Assembly: GCF_964355755.1 (NCBI RefSeq)
Contig: NC_092670.1
Span: 6,624,201-6,688,200 of the forward strand
Length of the DNA stretch: 64,000 nt
Direction of reading: 5' to 3'
From: Antedon mediterranea
Lineage: Eukaryota > Animalia > Echinodermata
Position numbers and translations under genes: made by a program. This document shows positions 15,101 to 30,100 of the stretch, in pieces. Below the pieces are notes generated by a model. The model had not been told where the DNA came from. It saw only the letters and a program-made list of their open reading frames with translations, and made no database searches. How positions within the stretch are numbered: position 1 is the first letter of the stretch; the number at the start of each line of letters is the position of its first letter.

Positions 15101-18100
15101 CACATTTGTTGTTTATCACCCTTTTTTACTTTAGATATTTCTTTGGGGACAGAAATAGTAACTAAATGGGTTACCATAACCGGTAAGTTTAATTGTCTTT
15201 AACGTCATATCAAAATGCTAGTATTTAAGCATATATCCACAAACTATTAAGATTAGGCCTATGTTTAAGAATATTGTTACATTTTGTATTCTCTCTTGTA
15301 AGATTGATATAATTTTTGCTACGGTAGACCTACAATAAAATAAGTTTTCGTCACTCACTTGATATCATAAATGTAATTGTAGATGCAACAGCGGACTTTC
15401 AAAGAGAGAGTAGTATGTCAACGATAGTAAATGGTAGGTACAATCATGTACCATGACATTTTAAACATTAAAAATGTATTATATTTAATAAAGTATCTAT
15501 ATATTAATTCTACTAAAGTGGTCGCTGAATGGCACGTGCTCAAATTTTGCACACTAATGTTTCTTAATGGGCCGCACATGATAGGCTATATCACTTTCCC
15601 AAAAATGTTAAGGACAAACACTAAAAAAGGCCAAAAAATAGCAGAGGCCATGTTTCGCGAGTTTTTACGTTACGTATCAACTGCGCAACCTTATCTGTTA
15701 TGTACCGCAATGGCCGGATCTACAAATACCGTGCCTCCAAATTAAAACAGTGGTTAGTCTCGGCAGCCGCCGCCGGACAACCGTATCGACTCATCGCATC
15801 GTTAGAATTGCACGTAGCTCTCTATACAGTTCTAAATGTAAATAACAGAGACATACAATTATAGTGTTACTTATTAAAATAGTGAACATAAAATAAATAT
15901 TTACAAATAGAAACGTAAAATCATTGTATAAGTCAAGGTATTAGTTTATGTCTAAAATAAGATTTACTTGATTCAACAGCTTGTTTTGAAAATATTTATT
16001 TAAACAAAAGCGAGGTTGTAAACCTAACATCTCCAAATTATCCTTTGAACCACGATGACAACCACAACTGTGAATGGATTGTGTATAGTCCGAAAAATAC
16101 AGGAATTCTACTCACCTTTTATGACATAGACCTAGAGAGATGCTGTGACTTTTTGACGATCACTTATGTTGACGCCATCGATAACATGGAAGTGACGGAA
16201 ATTTTCACTGGAAGAAGTATTAACACAACTATTCGAGCTAAAGAAAATGTGAAGATAAGATTTCAAACAGATTTTTCAATTGTGAATAGAGGGTTTGCTC
16301 TAGAACTTGAAGTCATTGAACTATTAGGTTAGTATTCTATACCTTTTTACACAGTGTAATAATTTAAAGTTATGGACAACTCATTACTAATTAAATTATT
16401 ATATGTTAGATTAAATAAATATAAACAACTATGAAATCAACTTACATTAAGTTTAATCGATTGTCTTATTCAATATAAGTAAATTGTTGTTGTTTTGAAG
16501 TATAGTAGGTTGGTTTAATGCTATTCTTAATATAATCATGAAGATTAGTAGTTGTTTTTTCCCGTAGATTATCTTACTTACTACATTTGTTGTTTATCAC
16601 CGTTTTTACTTTAGAAATTTCTTTGGGCACAGAAATAGTAACTGAATGGGTTACCATAACCGGTAAGATTAATTGTCTTTAACGTTATATAAAAATGCTA
16701 GTATTTAAGTCCACACACTTTATTAAGATTAGGCCTATGTTTAAGAATATTTGCTACATTTTGTATTCTCTCTTGTAAGATTGATATGGTTTATGCTACA
16801 GTAGACCTAAAGTAAAATAAGCTTTCATCACTGACTAAATTTATTTGTAGATGCAAAAGCAGGTTTACAATCAGAGACTACTAACTCAACGATGGTAAAT
16901 GGTAAGTACAATCTTACAGCATTTGTATATTTCATAAATTAATCACATTAGTGTAATTGTTTTTATTGTGTGTTAAAATCATTATCAAACGTATACCATT
17001 AAGTAAACATTTTAGAAGTTAACAACCGATTTACCGAAATGTGTCCATTTTATATTGATACGTTTCTATTTGAAGGTAGTTGTTTAGGCAAATGTGGTAG
17101 GTGGGACAAAAACTGTTATTGCGATAACATCTGTGAAGAACTTACTGACTGTTGTCCGGACTATCTATTGCTGTGTCAAAGTAAGATTTAAATTGTTCAA
17201 ACAATTTTCTAATTTTAAATTACTTGTAATTGCTCGGTACCGTACCGTTTATATCTAAACTATAGTTATTATTTATATATCGTTATATAATGTAATATAT
17301 AAATTATTTTATTAAATTTTAAACCGTCCGGTGATATAGTGAATATTAATTAATTATTCAATTTGAAAAGATAAGAAAACTACAGTTTTAATATAATTAT
17401 GTTAACGTCCCTTGCTAAAAACTAGATATAATATGGACAACTCATTACTAATTAAATTATTATATGTTAGATTAAATAAATTTAAACAAATATGAAATCA
17501 ATTTACATTAAAATGTAATCGATTGTCTTATTAAATATAAGTAAATTGTTGAGACCTAGATAATTACTATTTTAATTTTCAAACATACCTTAATAATAAT
17601 CGACTACGATAGGTGGTAAGTCAACTTAAAGTCACATCCATGTTTTTTTAAATACTGAAACCTTTTGAAGTATAGTAGGTTGGTTTAATGCTATTTCTTA
17701 ATCTAATCATGAAGATTAGTAGTTGTTTTTTCCCGTAGATTATTTTTCTTACTACATTTGTTGTTTATCACCCTTTTGACTTTAGATATTTCTTTGGGGA
17801 CAGAAATAGTAACTAAATGGGTTACCATAACCGGTAAGTTTAATTGTCTTTAACGTTATATAAAAATGCTAGTATTTAAGCATATATCCACAAACTATTA
17901 AGATTAGGCCTATGTTTAAGAATATTGTTACATTTTGTATTCTCTCTTGTAAGATTTATATAATTTTTGCTACGGTAGACCTACAATAAAATAAGTTTTC
18001 GTCACTCACTTGATATCATAAATGTATTTGTAGATGCAACAGCGGACTTTCAAAGAGAGAGTAGTATGTCAACGATAGTAAATGGTAGGTACAATCATGT

Positions 18101-21100
18101 ACCATGACATTTTAAACATTAAAAATGTATTATATTTAATAAAGTATCTATATATTAATTCTACTAAAGTGGTCGCTGAATGGCACGTGCTCAAATTTTG
18201 CACACTAATGTTTCTTAATGGGCCGCACATGATAGGCTATATCACTTTCCTAAAAATGTTAAGGACAAACACTAAAAAAGGCCGAAAAATAACAGAGGCC
18301 ATGTTTCGCGAGTTTTTACGTTACGTATCAACTGCGCAACCTTATCTGTTGTGTACCGCAATGGCCGGATCTACAGATACCGTGCCTCCAAATTAAAACA
18401 GTGTTTAGTCTCGGCAGCCGCCGCCGGACAACCGTATCGACTCATCGCATCGTTAGAATTGCACGTATCTCTCTATACAGTTCTAAATGTAAATAACAGA
18501 GACATACAATTATAGTATTACTTATTAAAATCGTGAACATAAAATAAATATTTACAAATAGAAACGTAAAATCATTGTATAAGTCAAGGTATTAGTTTAT
18601 GTCTAAAATAAGATTTACTTGATTCAACAGCTTGTTTTGAAAATATTTATTTAACCAAAAGCGAGGTTGTAAACATAACATCTCCAAATTATCCTTTGAA
18701 CCACGATGACAACCACAACTGTGAATGGATTGTGTATAGTCCGAAAAATACAGGAATTCTACTCACCTTTTATGACATAGACCTAGAGAGATGCTGTGAC
18801 TTTTTGACGATCACTTATGTTGACGCCATCGATAACATGGAAGTGACGGAAATTTTCACTGGAAGAAGTATTAACACAACTATTCGAGCTAAAGAAAATG
18901 TGAAGATAAGATTTCAAACAGATTTTTCAATTGTGAATAGAGGGTTTGCTCTAGAACTTGAAGTCATTGAACTATTAGGTTAGTATTCTATACCTTTTTA
19001 CACAGTGTAATAATTTAAAGTTATGGACAACTCATTACTAATTAAATTATTATATGTTAGATTAAATAAATATAAACAACTATGAAATCAACTTACATTA
19101 AGTTTAATCGATTGTCTTATTAAATATAAGTAAATTGTTGAGGCCTAAATAATTACTATTTTAATTTTCAAACATACCTTAATAATAATCGACTACGATA
19201 GGTGGTAAGTCAACTTAAAGTCAAATCCATGTTTTTTTAATACTAAAACCTTTTGAAGTATAGTAGGTTGGTTTAATGCTATTCTTAATCTAATCATGAA
19301 GATTAGTAGTTGTTTTTTCCCGTAGGTTATTTTGATTACTACATTTGTTGTTTATCACCTTTTTTACTTTAGATATTTCTTTGGGCACAGAAATAGTAAC
19401 TGAATGGGTTACCATAACCGGTAAGATTAATTGTCTTTAACGTTATATAAAAATGCTAGTATTTAATTTCACAAACTTTATTAAGATTAGGCCTATGTTT
19501 AAGAATATTTGCTACATTTTGTATTCTCTCTTGTAAGATTGATATGGTTTATGCTACAGTAGACCTAAAGTAAAATAAGCTTTCATCACTGACTAAATTT
19601 ATTTGTAGATGCAAAAGCAGATTTACAATCAGAGACTACTAACTCAACGATGGTAAATGGTAAGTACAATCTTACAGCATTTGTATATTTCATAAATTAA
19701 TCACATTAGTGTAATTGTTTTTATTGTGTGTTAAAATCATTATCAAACGTATACCATTAAGTAAACATTTTAGAAGTTAACAACCGATTTACCGAAATGT
19801 GTCCATTTTATATTGATACGTTTCTATTTGAAGGTAGTTGTTTAGGCAAATGTGGTAGGTGGGACAAAAACTGTTATTGTGATAACATCTGTGAAGAACT
19901 TACTGACTGTTGTCCGGACTATCTATTGCTGTGTCAAAGTAAGATTTAAATTGTTCAAACAATTTTCTAATTTTAAATTACTTGTAATTGCCCGGTACCG
20001 TACCGTTTATATCTAAACTATAGTTATTATTTATATATCGTTATATAATGTAATATATAAATTATTTTATTAAATTTTAAACCGTCCGGTGATATAGTGA
20101 ATATTAATTAATTATTCAATTTGAAACGATAAGAAAACTACAGTTTTAATATAATTATGTTAACGTCCCTTGCTAAAAACTGGATATAATAATAGACAAC
20201 TCATTACTAATTAAATTATTATGTGTTAGATTAAATAAATATAAACAAATATGAAATCAATTTACATTAAGTTTAATCGATTGTCTATAAGTAAATTGTT
20301 TAAATAATTACTATTTTAATTTTCTAATGGAATTACAAACATACCATAATAATATATCGACTACGATAGGTGGTAAGTCAACTTAAAGTCAAATCCATGT
20401 TTTTTTAATATTGAAACCTTTTGAAGTATAGTAGGTTGGTTTAATGCTATTCTTAATCTAATCATGAAGATTAGTAGTTGTTTTTTCCCGTAGATTATTT
20501 TTCTTACTACATTTGTTGTTTATCACCTTTTTTACTTTAGATATTTCTTTGGGCACAGAAATAGTAACTGAATGGGTTACCATAACCGGTAAGTTTAATT
20601 GTCTTTAACGTCATTTCAAAATGCTAGTGTTTAAGCATATATCCACAAAATGTATTAAAATTAGGCCTATGTTTAAGAATTTTATATTCTCTCTTGTAAG
20701 ATTGATATAATTTTTGCTACGGTAGACCTAAAGTAAAATAACATCACTTACATGATATCATAAATTTAATTGTAGATGCAACAACGGACTTTCAAAAAGA
20801 GAGTAGTATCTCAACGATAGTAAATGGTAGGTACAATCATACAGCATGAAATTTTAAACATTTCTTTAAAAATGTATTTTATTTAATAAAGTATCTATAT
20901 ATTAATGTTATTGTTTTAGACCAAAATGAGGGAACAATCAAAGAGAGTATATAATTAAAAACCAGATACAATGGTACAATACAACTACAATCTAAATAAG
21001 TTAAAGTATAAAGTTAACTTATTGTGATTACATTACTAGAAATGCGACTGATTATTTTAGCAATATACTATAACAATTTAATCAGCTTCATTACACAACA

Positions 21101-24100
21101 TAGAGATGCACCGAAAAGCTATAAAAAAACAGGTGTAACTAGCCTAATACTACTACTACCAATAATTAGCAATATCCACATAAGCTTACAGCTATATATT
21201 ATTTTTAATTATTGCTTAATCAGTAACAAATCTTGTCTTATTACCTCACCAGATTGTGTTGAAAATATTTATCTAAACAGTAATGATGTTATCAACATAA
21301 CTTCTTCAAATTATCCTGACAACTACGATAACAATGAAAACTGCGAATGGATCGTAGAAAGCCCTCAAAATACTGGAATTCTACTCACGTTTTATGATAT
21401 AGAGCTAGAGAGCTGTTGTGACTTTTTGATTATAACCTATGTTGACGTCAATGGCGATACATTACTTATAGAGTGGAATAGTAACAACTCTCTTCTGGTT
21501 ACAACACACTTGAATATAACTTTTCAAACTGACTTGTCAGTTGTTAACAGAGGGTTTGCTCTAGGACTGAAGATTATTAACATAGGTATGTTGACATTTT
21601 TTATGCAAGTATTTTATGCAATTTCTCAACTTAGACTTAACTGTTGATACTGAACAAATATTGATATGTTTATTTTTAAATATAAATTGAAAATGTAGAA
21701 TATTCTTGCTTTACTCGAAAAACTGATATCCATACAAATTGATATTTTACTGATTATGTGTTTTGTATTAAGGGGGTTAAATTCTCATATATTATTAATG
21801 TTCAATTCCACTCATTATTTTCTCATACATGATTATGAACTGAGCTTTTAGGAGAGTTTCAAAACTGTCTTCAAAACATTTTATGTAATAAGAAAGATTT
21901 TCATTTCAATTTTTAACTTGTTTATATACTACTTTTGAAAGTGGATTAAATAATTTGTTTGAAGAGAAAACACGATGGATAACCCCACCGTAGATCTGAC
22001 CAGCTTTATGTTGACTAAGATTGAAGAACGTGCTTGTATTGAGTGATCTTGCATTAAAATATTCTCTTTTAGACTATCAAATTATTAAACAAACCCCCTG
22101 CCTAGAAACATATTTACTTGAGCCATTAGACTTCGAAAGCGCAAGCATAAAATTTAAATTGCGACCTAATACGTTACCATTAAAGAGACGTACCTCAAGC
22201 TGGTCAGATAAAAGCAAAAATGACGGTCTATATACCCTATGTATCTCTAAATCCACCAAAGATCTTAGGAATTTCCTTTTTTCATGTCCTGCGCTCCAGA
22301 ATATTAGACTGGAGTAATTGGCAATACTCGAGCAAAATCTATCGAATGCAATTGACGTTTGGAACCAATTTAATAATGGAACCAAATTAATAATGGAACA
22401 ATAGACCAAAAATTCATGTATGTTTTTGGTTCACCTGTACTTGATCTTCCTATATTGAAGTTGCATTCGATAGATTTTGTAAAGGTTTCACCAAACGGGC
22501 ATGGAAAAAGAGAAGGGAAATCAACAATGAAAATAATTAGTTATTTGCTTTTTAATTCCTGTATTACTTTTAATCTTGTACATAATTTATTTCAGGTTTC
22601 CTTGTACTGTAAATAGGCCTATTGTTATCATTTTTTAAAACTTTTATTTTACTTACTGTATTATGGACGCACTTTCATTCAAGAAGTGTGACACTGTTTC
22701 AAAACTATTACTTTTGTTAATGTTATTTTTTTTATAACATAATTTAGTTTAAGTTTCCTTGTACTGTAAATAGGCCTATTGTTAAATCATTTTTTCCCTC
22801 TAACTTTTATTTTACTTACTCTGGACGCACCTACATTCAAGAAGAGTGCCACTGTTTCAAAAGTGTAGCTTCCAAATAAATTATTATATGTTGGCATTTT
22901 TTTCCTACTAATTAGAAAAACAATTAATAAGGTTCGGTTTGCGATACATCATGTGTTTCCAAACGTTAGAGGTGTCGGGCAACACTAGCCCTTCATCAGT
23001 GCAAGTGAAGGAATTTGGATAACGTCATAGTATAAGAACTGGCTGGACAGGAATAAAAGAAATACAACAAAAGGAGACGGGGTGGAGTCTGAATAAGAGT
23101 AGAAAACAAAGAAGGTAGCTTGGTAGAGATATAAACAATTTTGGAATGAAACTAAAAAACAGTTTAATGGTGGTTAATATTGAAACTTACATTTTGGTAG
23201 TCAATGGAATAATTTGAACGATCTGGGAGTATGTTCCTAATGTTACGTCCAAAAGGTTTTGTGGTTTTAAGTTGTAATTCCGAGTGGTTTTCTTTGTCTT
23301 TGCGAGTTTTGTCGCTCCATTTGACATCGTGGTCTATTGCAATAACTCTGAAATTTGCAATCGAGTAAATAGCTGAATTAAAATGTTCGGCTACAGGTTG
23401 ATCAAGCTTTAATGTTTTGATAGCTGATCTGTGTTGTGTCATTCCCCCCCCATACGGAGAGTGTTTTTTGTTTCCCCGACGTACTGTTTGCCACATATAT
23501 TACAGTATATGAGATAAATGACGTTTTTTGTTAGACAATTAATTGATTGTCTTTTCCGAAAAATGCGGCCAGTTTGGTTGCTCTGAAATTTTTCAGTAGA
23601 ATCAACCAATGAACAAGTTTTGCAAGATTTTTCTGTCATGAGAGTTAATTTCACTCTTAAATATGGATCTGACTAATATATCACGAAGGGTGGTTCCGGA
23701 AAAACAGTCCTGAGACGTTCTGTGGACTGTAGAATGGGCATATGTTTCTCAATAATAGCCCGTAATGGAGGCAACCTAGGGTGATAGGTTGTGACCAATG
23801 GCACTCTGGTCGAATTTGGCTGACGTGGTTTATACCTCAGTGTTTGACATCGAGGAATATCTTTTGCTTTCTTTATAGCAGTTTTGATGTATTCCTTCTT
23901 GTAATTTCTATTTCGGAGATGTCCGGTTAGTTCTTCGGTACGATTCTGAAACTCTAAATCTGAAGAACAGATACGTCTGATACGTAATGCTTGACTGTAC
24001 GGTATGTTTTTAGTACAGTGTCGGGGATGACAACGGCTAGGGAGCAGGTACATATTTTTATCCGTGGGTTTACGGAATAGGTCAGTTTTGAGTTACCATT

Positions 24101-27100
24101 TTCTATGGTCACTATAGTGTCCAAAAAATCAACGCTACTAGTGGATTTGGTAGCTGTAAATGTGATAGTTGGGTGCGCTGAATTAATATTGAGAAGAAAG
24201 ATTCCAAATTATCTTCACCATGGGTCCAGGTCATGAAGATGTCGTCAATGTATCTAAACCAAACAAGTGGTTTATTAGGTTGGAGGGACAGAAAATTGGC
24301 CTCAAATTGTCCCATAAATAAATTTGCAAAAGATGGCGCCATTTTTGTGCCCATCGCTGTGCTATGAATTTGAAGGTAATGGTCATATATATATACTATA
24401 TTATACAAATAATGTATATCCCACAGATCAAGAAGCTCCAGATATTATCAATTGTCCATGGGATTTGACAGTTAACACGTCTGTTGAGGCATTTGCAATC
24501 AATGTCACATGGGTTGAACCTACAGCTACTGATAACTCTGGAGAGACTCCTGTACCAGTAGCAGACTACACTTCTGGTGATAATATGTTTGGAATTGGGA
24601 ACACAACAATCCAGTACAATGTCTCAGATTCAGCTGGTAACTTTAATGATAGCTGCACTTTTGTTATCCATGTTGAAGGTAAGAGTGTACCTTATATGAC
24701 AACATTAGATTTTATTTATTTATTTTTCATTTATTCAGGTATAAACACATTTACATTCCAATATGCAGCAACAGCTAAATCGATTGGATTACAATAAAAA
24801 AAAAAAAAAAAAGCATAAAACAAGCAAATTATAAGATTCGTGCTAAGTACGGGATTGTTGATTTTCTATACCTGCATCAATCCAATTGTGCAAGTATTGT
24901 TCCTTAATCTGAAATTCCTATTAGACTTATATTGAGGTAACATATTATCCCAAAATTGTACAGACTTTAAAAGGCTCTCTCAAAACTTGTGAAGAAGATG
25001 TTGTTGTCATTGTTGTGACATTAGAATAATGAAATATTCATTCACAACCCATGAGTACATTAGTTTGTTTATATTTAGTCTTAACTAACTTTTTATTATC
25101 ATCAATCAAAAATATCCTTAATAATTCGTTTCCACTAAATTTGTATTGCCAATTAATATACAAATACTCATTTTAACCAGTTTTACATTTCAATAGTATT
25201 TCGTTCGATGTTAAAAATTTGTTCTCATTAACAATGCCATTAATACAAATAATGTCACTGGCAATCCAATGGTTGTAGAAAAGCGTTTTTTTAGTTTAAC
25301 GAAGTGCTTTCCCAAAAGGTGCTCATTCATTATTATAAGTTTAAAGTTATTTTTAGAGAATATATAATCTATGTAAGCTTTTATCATATATTTTTTTTGT
25401 AAAACAGTGGAATATCATCGGAATAAACATAAATAATACTAGAACATTAAATATTAAGTAAAATATTAACATCACATATTTTTTTTAAATAATAATACAT
25501 TGAAATGCTTCTCCATTGAGCACCATCATTGTTCCTAATTCTTTTTAACCAGCCATGTAGTGGATGGCTAGCCTTGTTACAATTTGAGCTACAGTAATGT
25601 GGTTAACTTAGTCAAATGCAATTTATTTTGGTAATAGATAAGATTCAGATTTAGATTCAGAAAATCTGGATATTATAGAGTGTCCAATTGGTATGATTGT
25701 TAACACAACAACTGAAGAAAAGGTACAGTTATATGGTTATGTCAAATTTAATTTAATCATACCTTTTATTTATTTTGTGAACAGATAATGAAAGTCCAAC
25801 GATTGACTGCCCAGCAAATGTCACTTCTAACAATTACATCGGAGAAGGGTATGGACTAGTAAATGTCAGCACAGATATAGGAAGTCCAAATGCCACTGTC
25901 ACCTGGGATCCTCCTGTGACAAGTGAAAATAGTGGTGGACTTGTTACTATAATGTCGTCATCTTTTGATTCTGGTGACATGATACCATATGGTACTCACA
26001 CAATCACTTTTACAGCAACTGATCCTTATGGCAATAGTGACACCTGTGTCTTTGGCCTCAAGGTTGAAGGTAAATTATATATCTTTTAAATTTGAGCAAT
26101 TAGAAATTCAGGACGAATTTTATTTCATTGTTATACTATTACATATCGTAAATGTAATTGTGAATTGTGAATAAATGTCTAACTGTTACCAATATCTACT
26201 TTTTTTTAAACCAGGGTAGCCCAATCGGTCAAAACGACTCTTTTGCCTTTGGTTGTTATGTACAAACAAAGAGTACTAAACAGAAAGTGGTCTATATTTA
26301 TTTACATTATGAAACTTACGTGTGCCGCTCTGTACAACATAAATATTCTTATTTATTTTGATGTTCAATATAATAAAAGATGACAAGATTATATATATTT
26401 TTTTGTAATATTTATTACCTTGATTTTCAGTGTTGCTCTTTTTATATGGTGACATAATATACACCTATTTTTGTATCTGTTAAATTAATTGTTTCTCTGC
26501 AAAATTGTTTATTTATATGGAATATATAATATTACTTTAAATGAATTTCAGCATTAATTGTACTAAATACGTCAGTACTACACTAAGTTTTTTTGTTGCT
26601 TATAATAATATTTTTTCATGTATTCAACTAGTGCTGGAGAGTTTGTTCAATCCCAACATGATAAATATGTTTAATAAGATTTTCAATATTTATTAATTCT
26701 TGTATTTCATTTCCATTTTATTACTAAATAGACAATGAGGATCCTGTCTTGGTTTGTGCACCTAATATTACAACTACTACAGCAGATGGTTCAAATCAAG
26801 CACTCAATGTCAGCTGGACTGATCCAATAGTAATTGACAATTCTGGTGAAGATATAAAACCAACGTCCAAGTACTATCCTGGAAATAATGAATTCGATAT
26901 TGGTAGAACTGATGTTATATATGATTCAGTTGATAGTTCACGCAATTCAGCAACTTGTACCTTTACTGTAACTGTTATTGGTAAGTTTGACATGTATACT
27001 CCTAATGTAACTCGATTATCTGAATATGATTGTATATTATTACTAACTACTACTTGGTATTATTATATTATCACTAAAATCATTATAAATTATATTTATT

Positions 27101-30100
27101 TTCTTCATCTTTTAGATCCCGAAGCTCCAGATATTATAGGTTGTACAATTGGTATGATTTTTAACACAACAACTGGTGAGGCATTTGCAATCAATGTCAC
27201 ATGGATGGAACCAACAGCTATTGATAACTCTGGAGAGACTCCTGTCCCAGTAGCAGACTACAGTTCTGATGATAATATGTTTCCAATTGGTGACACAACA
27301 GTCCAGTACAATGTCTCAGATTCAGCTGGTAACTTTAATGATAGCTGCAATTTTGTAATCATTGTTGAGGGTAAGTGGCTGTACTTTCTAGAAGAAAATG
27401 TACAGTTATGTGGTTATGTTAAATTTAATTTCATCATACCTTTTATTTATTTTGTGAATAGATAATGAAAGTCCAATGATTTACTGCCCAACAAATGTCA
27501 CTTCAAACAATTACATCAGAGTAGGGTATGAACTAGTAAATGTTAGCACAGATATAGGAAGTCCAAATGCCACTGTCACGTGGGATCCTCCTGAGACAAG
27601 TGACAATAGTGGTAGACTTGTGACTGTAATGTCTTCATCTTTCGAGTCTGGTGACATGATACCATATGGTACTCACACAATCACTTTTACAGCAACTGAT
27701 CCTTATGGAAATATTGACACCTGTGACTTTGGCCTCAATGTTGAAGGTAAATTAATAGAATCCTAGCTTGAAAGTTGAATAATTTAGAAAACACAGGAAT
27801 TAATTTGAAATACAACTTAAATGAACAACAGCCAATCAGTGATGATGCCTTGGCCTTACAATCATCATTAACGGATGAACTCACAATCGTGCTCGTTAAT
27901 AATTCTTCAGCAGTTTCAAAGAAAACTATAATTGTAATGCGTATCATTAATTATTTTGTTTGTTTACACTTTTCATATAGTAATTATGATAATAATGTAA
28001 TGACTTGTTTAATTTTTCTTTATATAGTAATTTGAGAAAACGTATGCCAACATTGTTTTTCGCAACCAGGAATCAACTATATTATGTGGAAAGAAGGACA
28101 TTTTTATTCCATTCTATAATTAAAAATATTATGTAATATGATTTTAGCATTAGTAATTATTGTTTATTTATATTTTATTATTAAATAGATAATGAGGATC
28201 CAGTTTTGGTTTGTCCACCTAATATTGCAACTATTACAGCAGATGGATCAGATCAAGCAGTCAATGTTACCTGGACTGACCCAATAGTAAATGACAATTC
28301 TGGTGAAGATATAACACCAACGTCCAAGTACAATCCTGGAAATAATGAATTTTATATTGGCATCATTGATGTTATGTATGATGCAGTTGATAGTTCAGGC
28401 AATGCAGCAACATGTACCTTTACAATTACAGTTACTGGTAAGTATACATTGTCTCTTCTTGCTCCCTTCTCCTTCCTGCTGAAGTATCAACACTTAATAA
28501 TATGTTAATTATTGTATAATGCATTTTAACCATGATCTTCTTCAATCATTGGGTATCATTTTTACTATAGATATAATTAATCATAATTATTATCTTCATG
28601 GTTTAGATTCAGAAAATCTGGATATTATAGAGTGTCCAATTGGTATGATTGTTAACACAACAACTGAAGAAAAGGTACAGTTATATGGTTATGTCAAATT
28701 TAATTTCATCATACCTTTTATTTATTTTGTGAACAGATAATGAAAGTCCAACGATTGACTGCCCATCAAATGTCACTTCTAACAATTACATCGGAGAAAG
28801 GTATGGACTAGTAAATGTCAGCACAGATATAGGAAGTCCAAATGCCACTGTCACCTGGGATCCTCTAGTGACAAGTGACAATAGTGGTGGACTTGTTACT
28901 GTAATTTCGTCATCTTTCGAGTCTGGTGACATGATACCATATGGAACTCACACTATCAAATTTACAGCAAGTGATTCTTTTGGCAATATTGACACATGTG
29001 ACTTTGGTCTCCAAGTAGAAGGTAAATATAAACCTCATTATTTAGTTTGAACTACTTTTCTTGAACATCAGGATTTGTATTATGGTAAATGTAATACAAA
29101 AGGTTTAATTTTGCATTTAAAAATAAATTATATTTTTTTTTGCAAATTACTTGCCTTTATAATGATATATAACTGTGACTATTCTGTATGTACAACTGGC
29201 GCTGGAGTGGTTCCGTCCTACTCCAATAAAAGTGTAATGTTCTTAAATTATAATAATTACTAAGTATGATAAGCTTTAATTTTTGTGTGTTTTACTTAAT
29301 TATTAAATAGATAATGAGGATCCTGTCTTGGTCTGTCCACCTGATATTAAAACTAATACAGCAGATGGTTCAAATCATGCGTTATATGTCAACTGGACTT
29401 ATCCAATAGTAATTGACAATTCTGGTGAAGATATAACACCAACGTCCAAGTACAATCCTGGAAATAATGAATTTGATATTGGCAGCACTTATGTTATATA
29501 TGATTCAGTTGATAGTTCAGGCAATGCAGCAACATGTACCTTTATTGTTACTGTTACTGGTAATTATAACTAGTCTCTCCTCTTCCCTGCCACTGAGAAG
29601 TGTCAAATTTAACTCAATAATATTGAAATTATGGTATAAATACATGTTTTACCCTGATCTTCTTCACTGGGTATTATTATTATCATTGTTAGGCATAACA
29701 TAAATTATACATTTAAATTAATATCATCATGTTTTAGATCCAGAAGCTCCAGATATTATAGATTGTCCAATTGGTGGGATTGTTAATACAACAACTGGTG
29801 CGGCATTTGCCATCAATGTCACATGGGTGGAACCGACAGCTACTGATAACTCTGGAGAGACTCCTGTACCAGTAGCAGACTACACTTCTAGTGATAATAT
29901 GTTTGCAATTGGCAAAACAACAGTCCAGTACAATGTCTCAGATTCAGCTGGTAACGTTAATGCTAGCTGCAGTTTTGTTATCACTGTTCAAGGTAAGAAT
30001 GCACCTTATAATAATACTGCCCATATGGAACTATAGTAATAATTTAAAACATATGACTCGATAACTCATATAATATATAATGAACAATAGCATGCAGAAA

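Larger units (their letters stand above)
11920..21600 (+). repeat. Tandem triplication (~2.65-2.75 kb period) of the linker-SMB-linker-linker-CUB cassette, introns included
   Basis: Exons and introns recur with offsets 2651 (CUB1/CUB2) and 2758 (SMB2/SMB3). Confidence 0.9.

Noticed and set aside
15431-15745. 104-aa ORF duplicated at 18082-18396
   Set aside because: It begins at a splice donor and runs through intron; its identity reflects the recent cassette duplication.
20920-20973. Possible extra linker micro-exon (DQNEGTIKE)
   Set aside because: In-frame TAA unless a weak GTATAT donor is used; no paralogous support.
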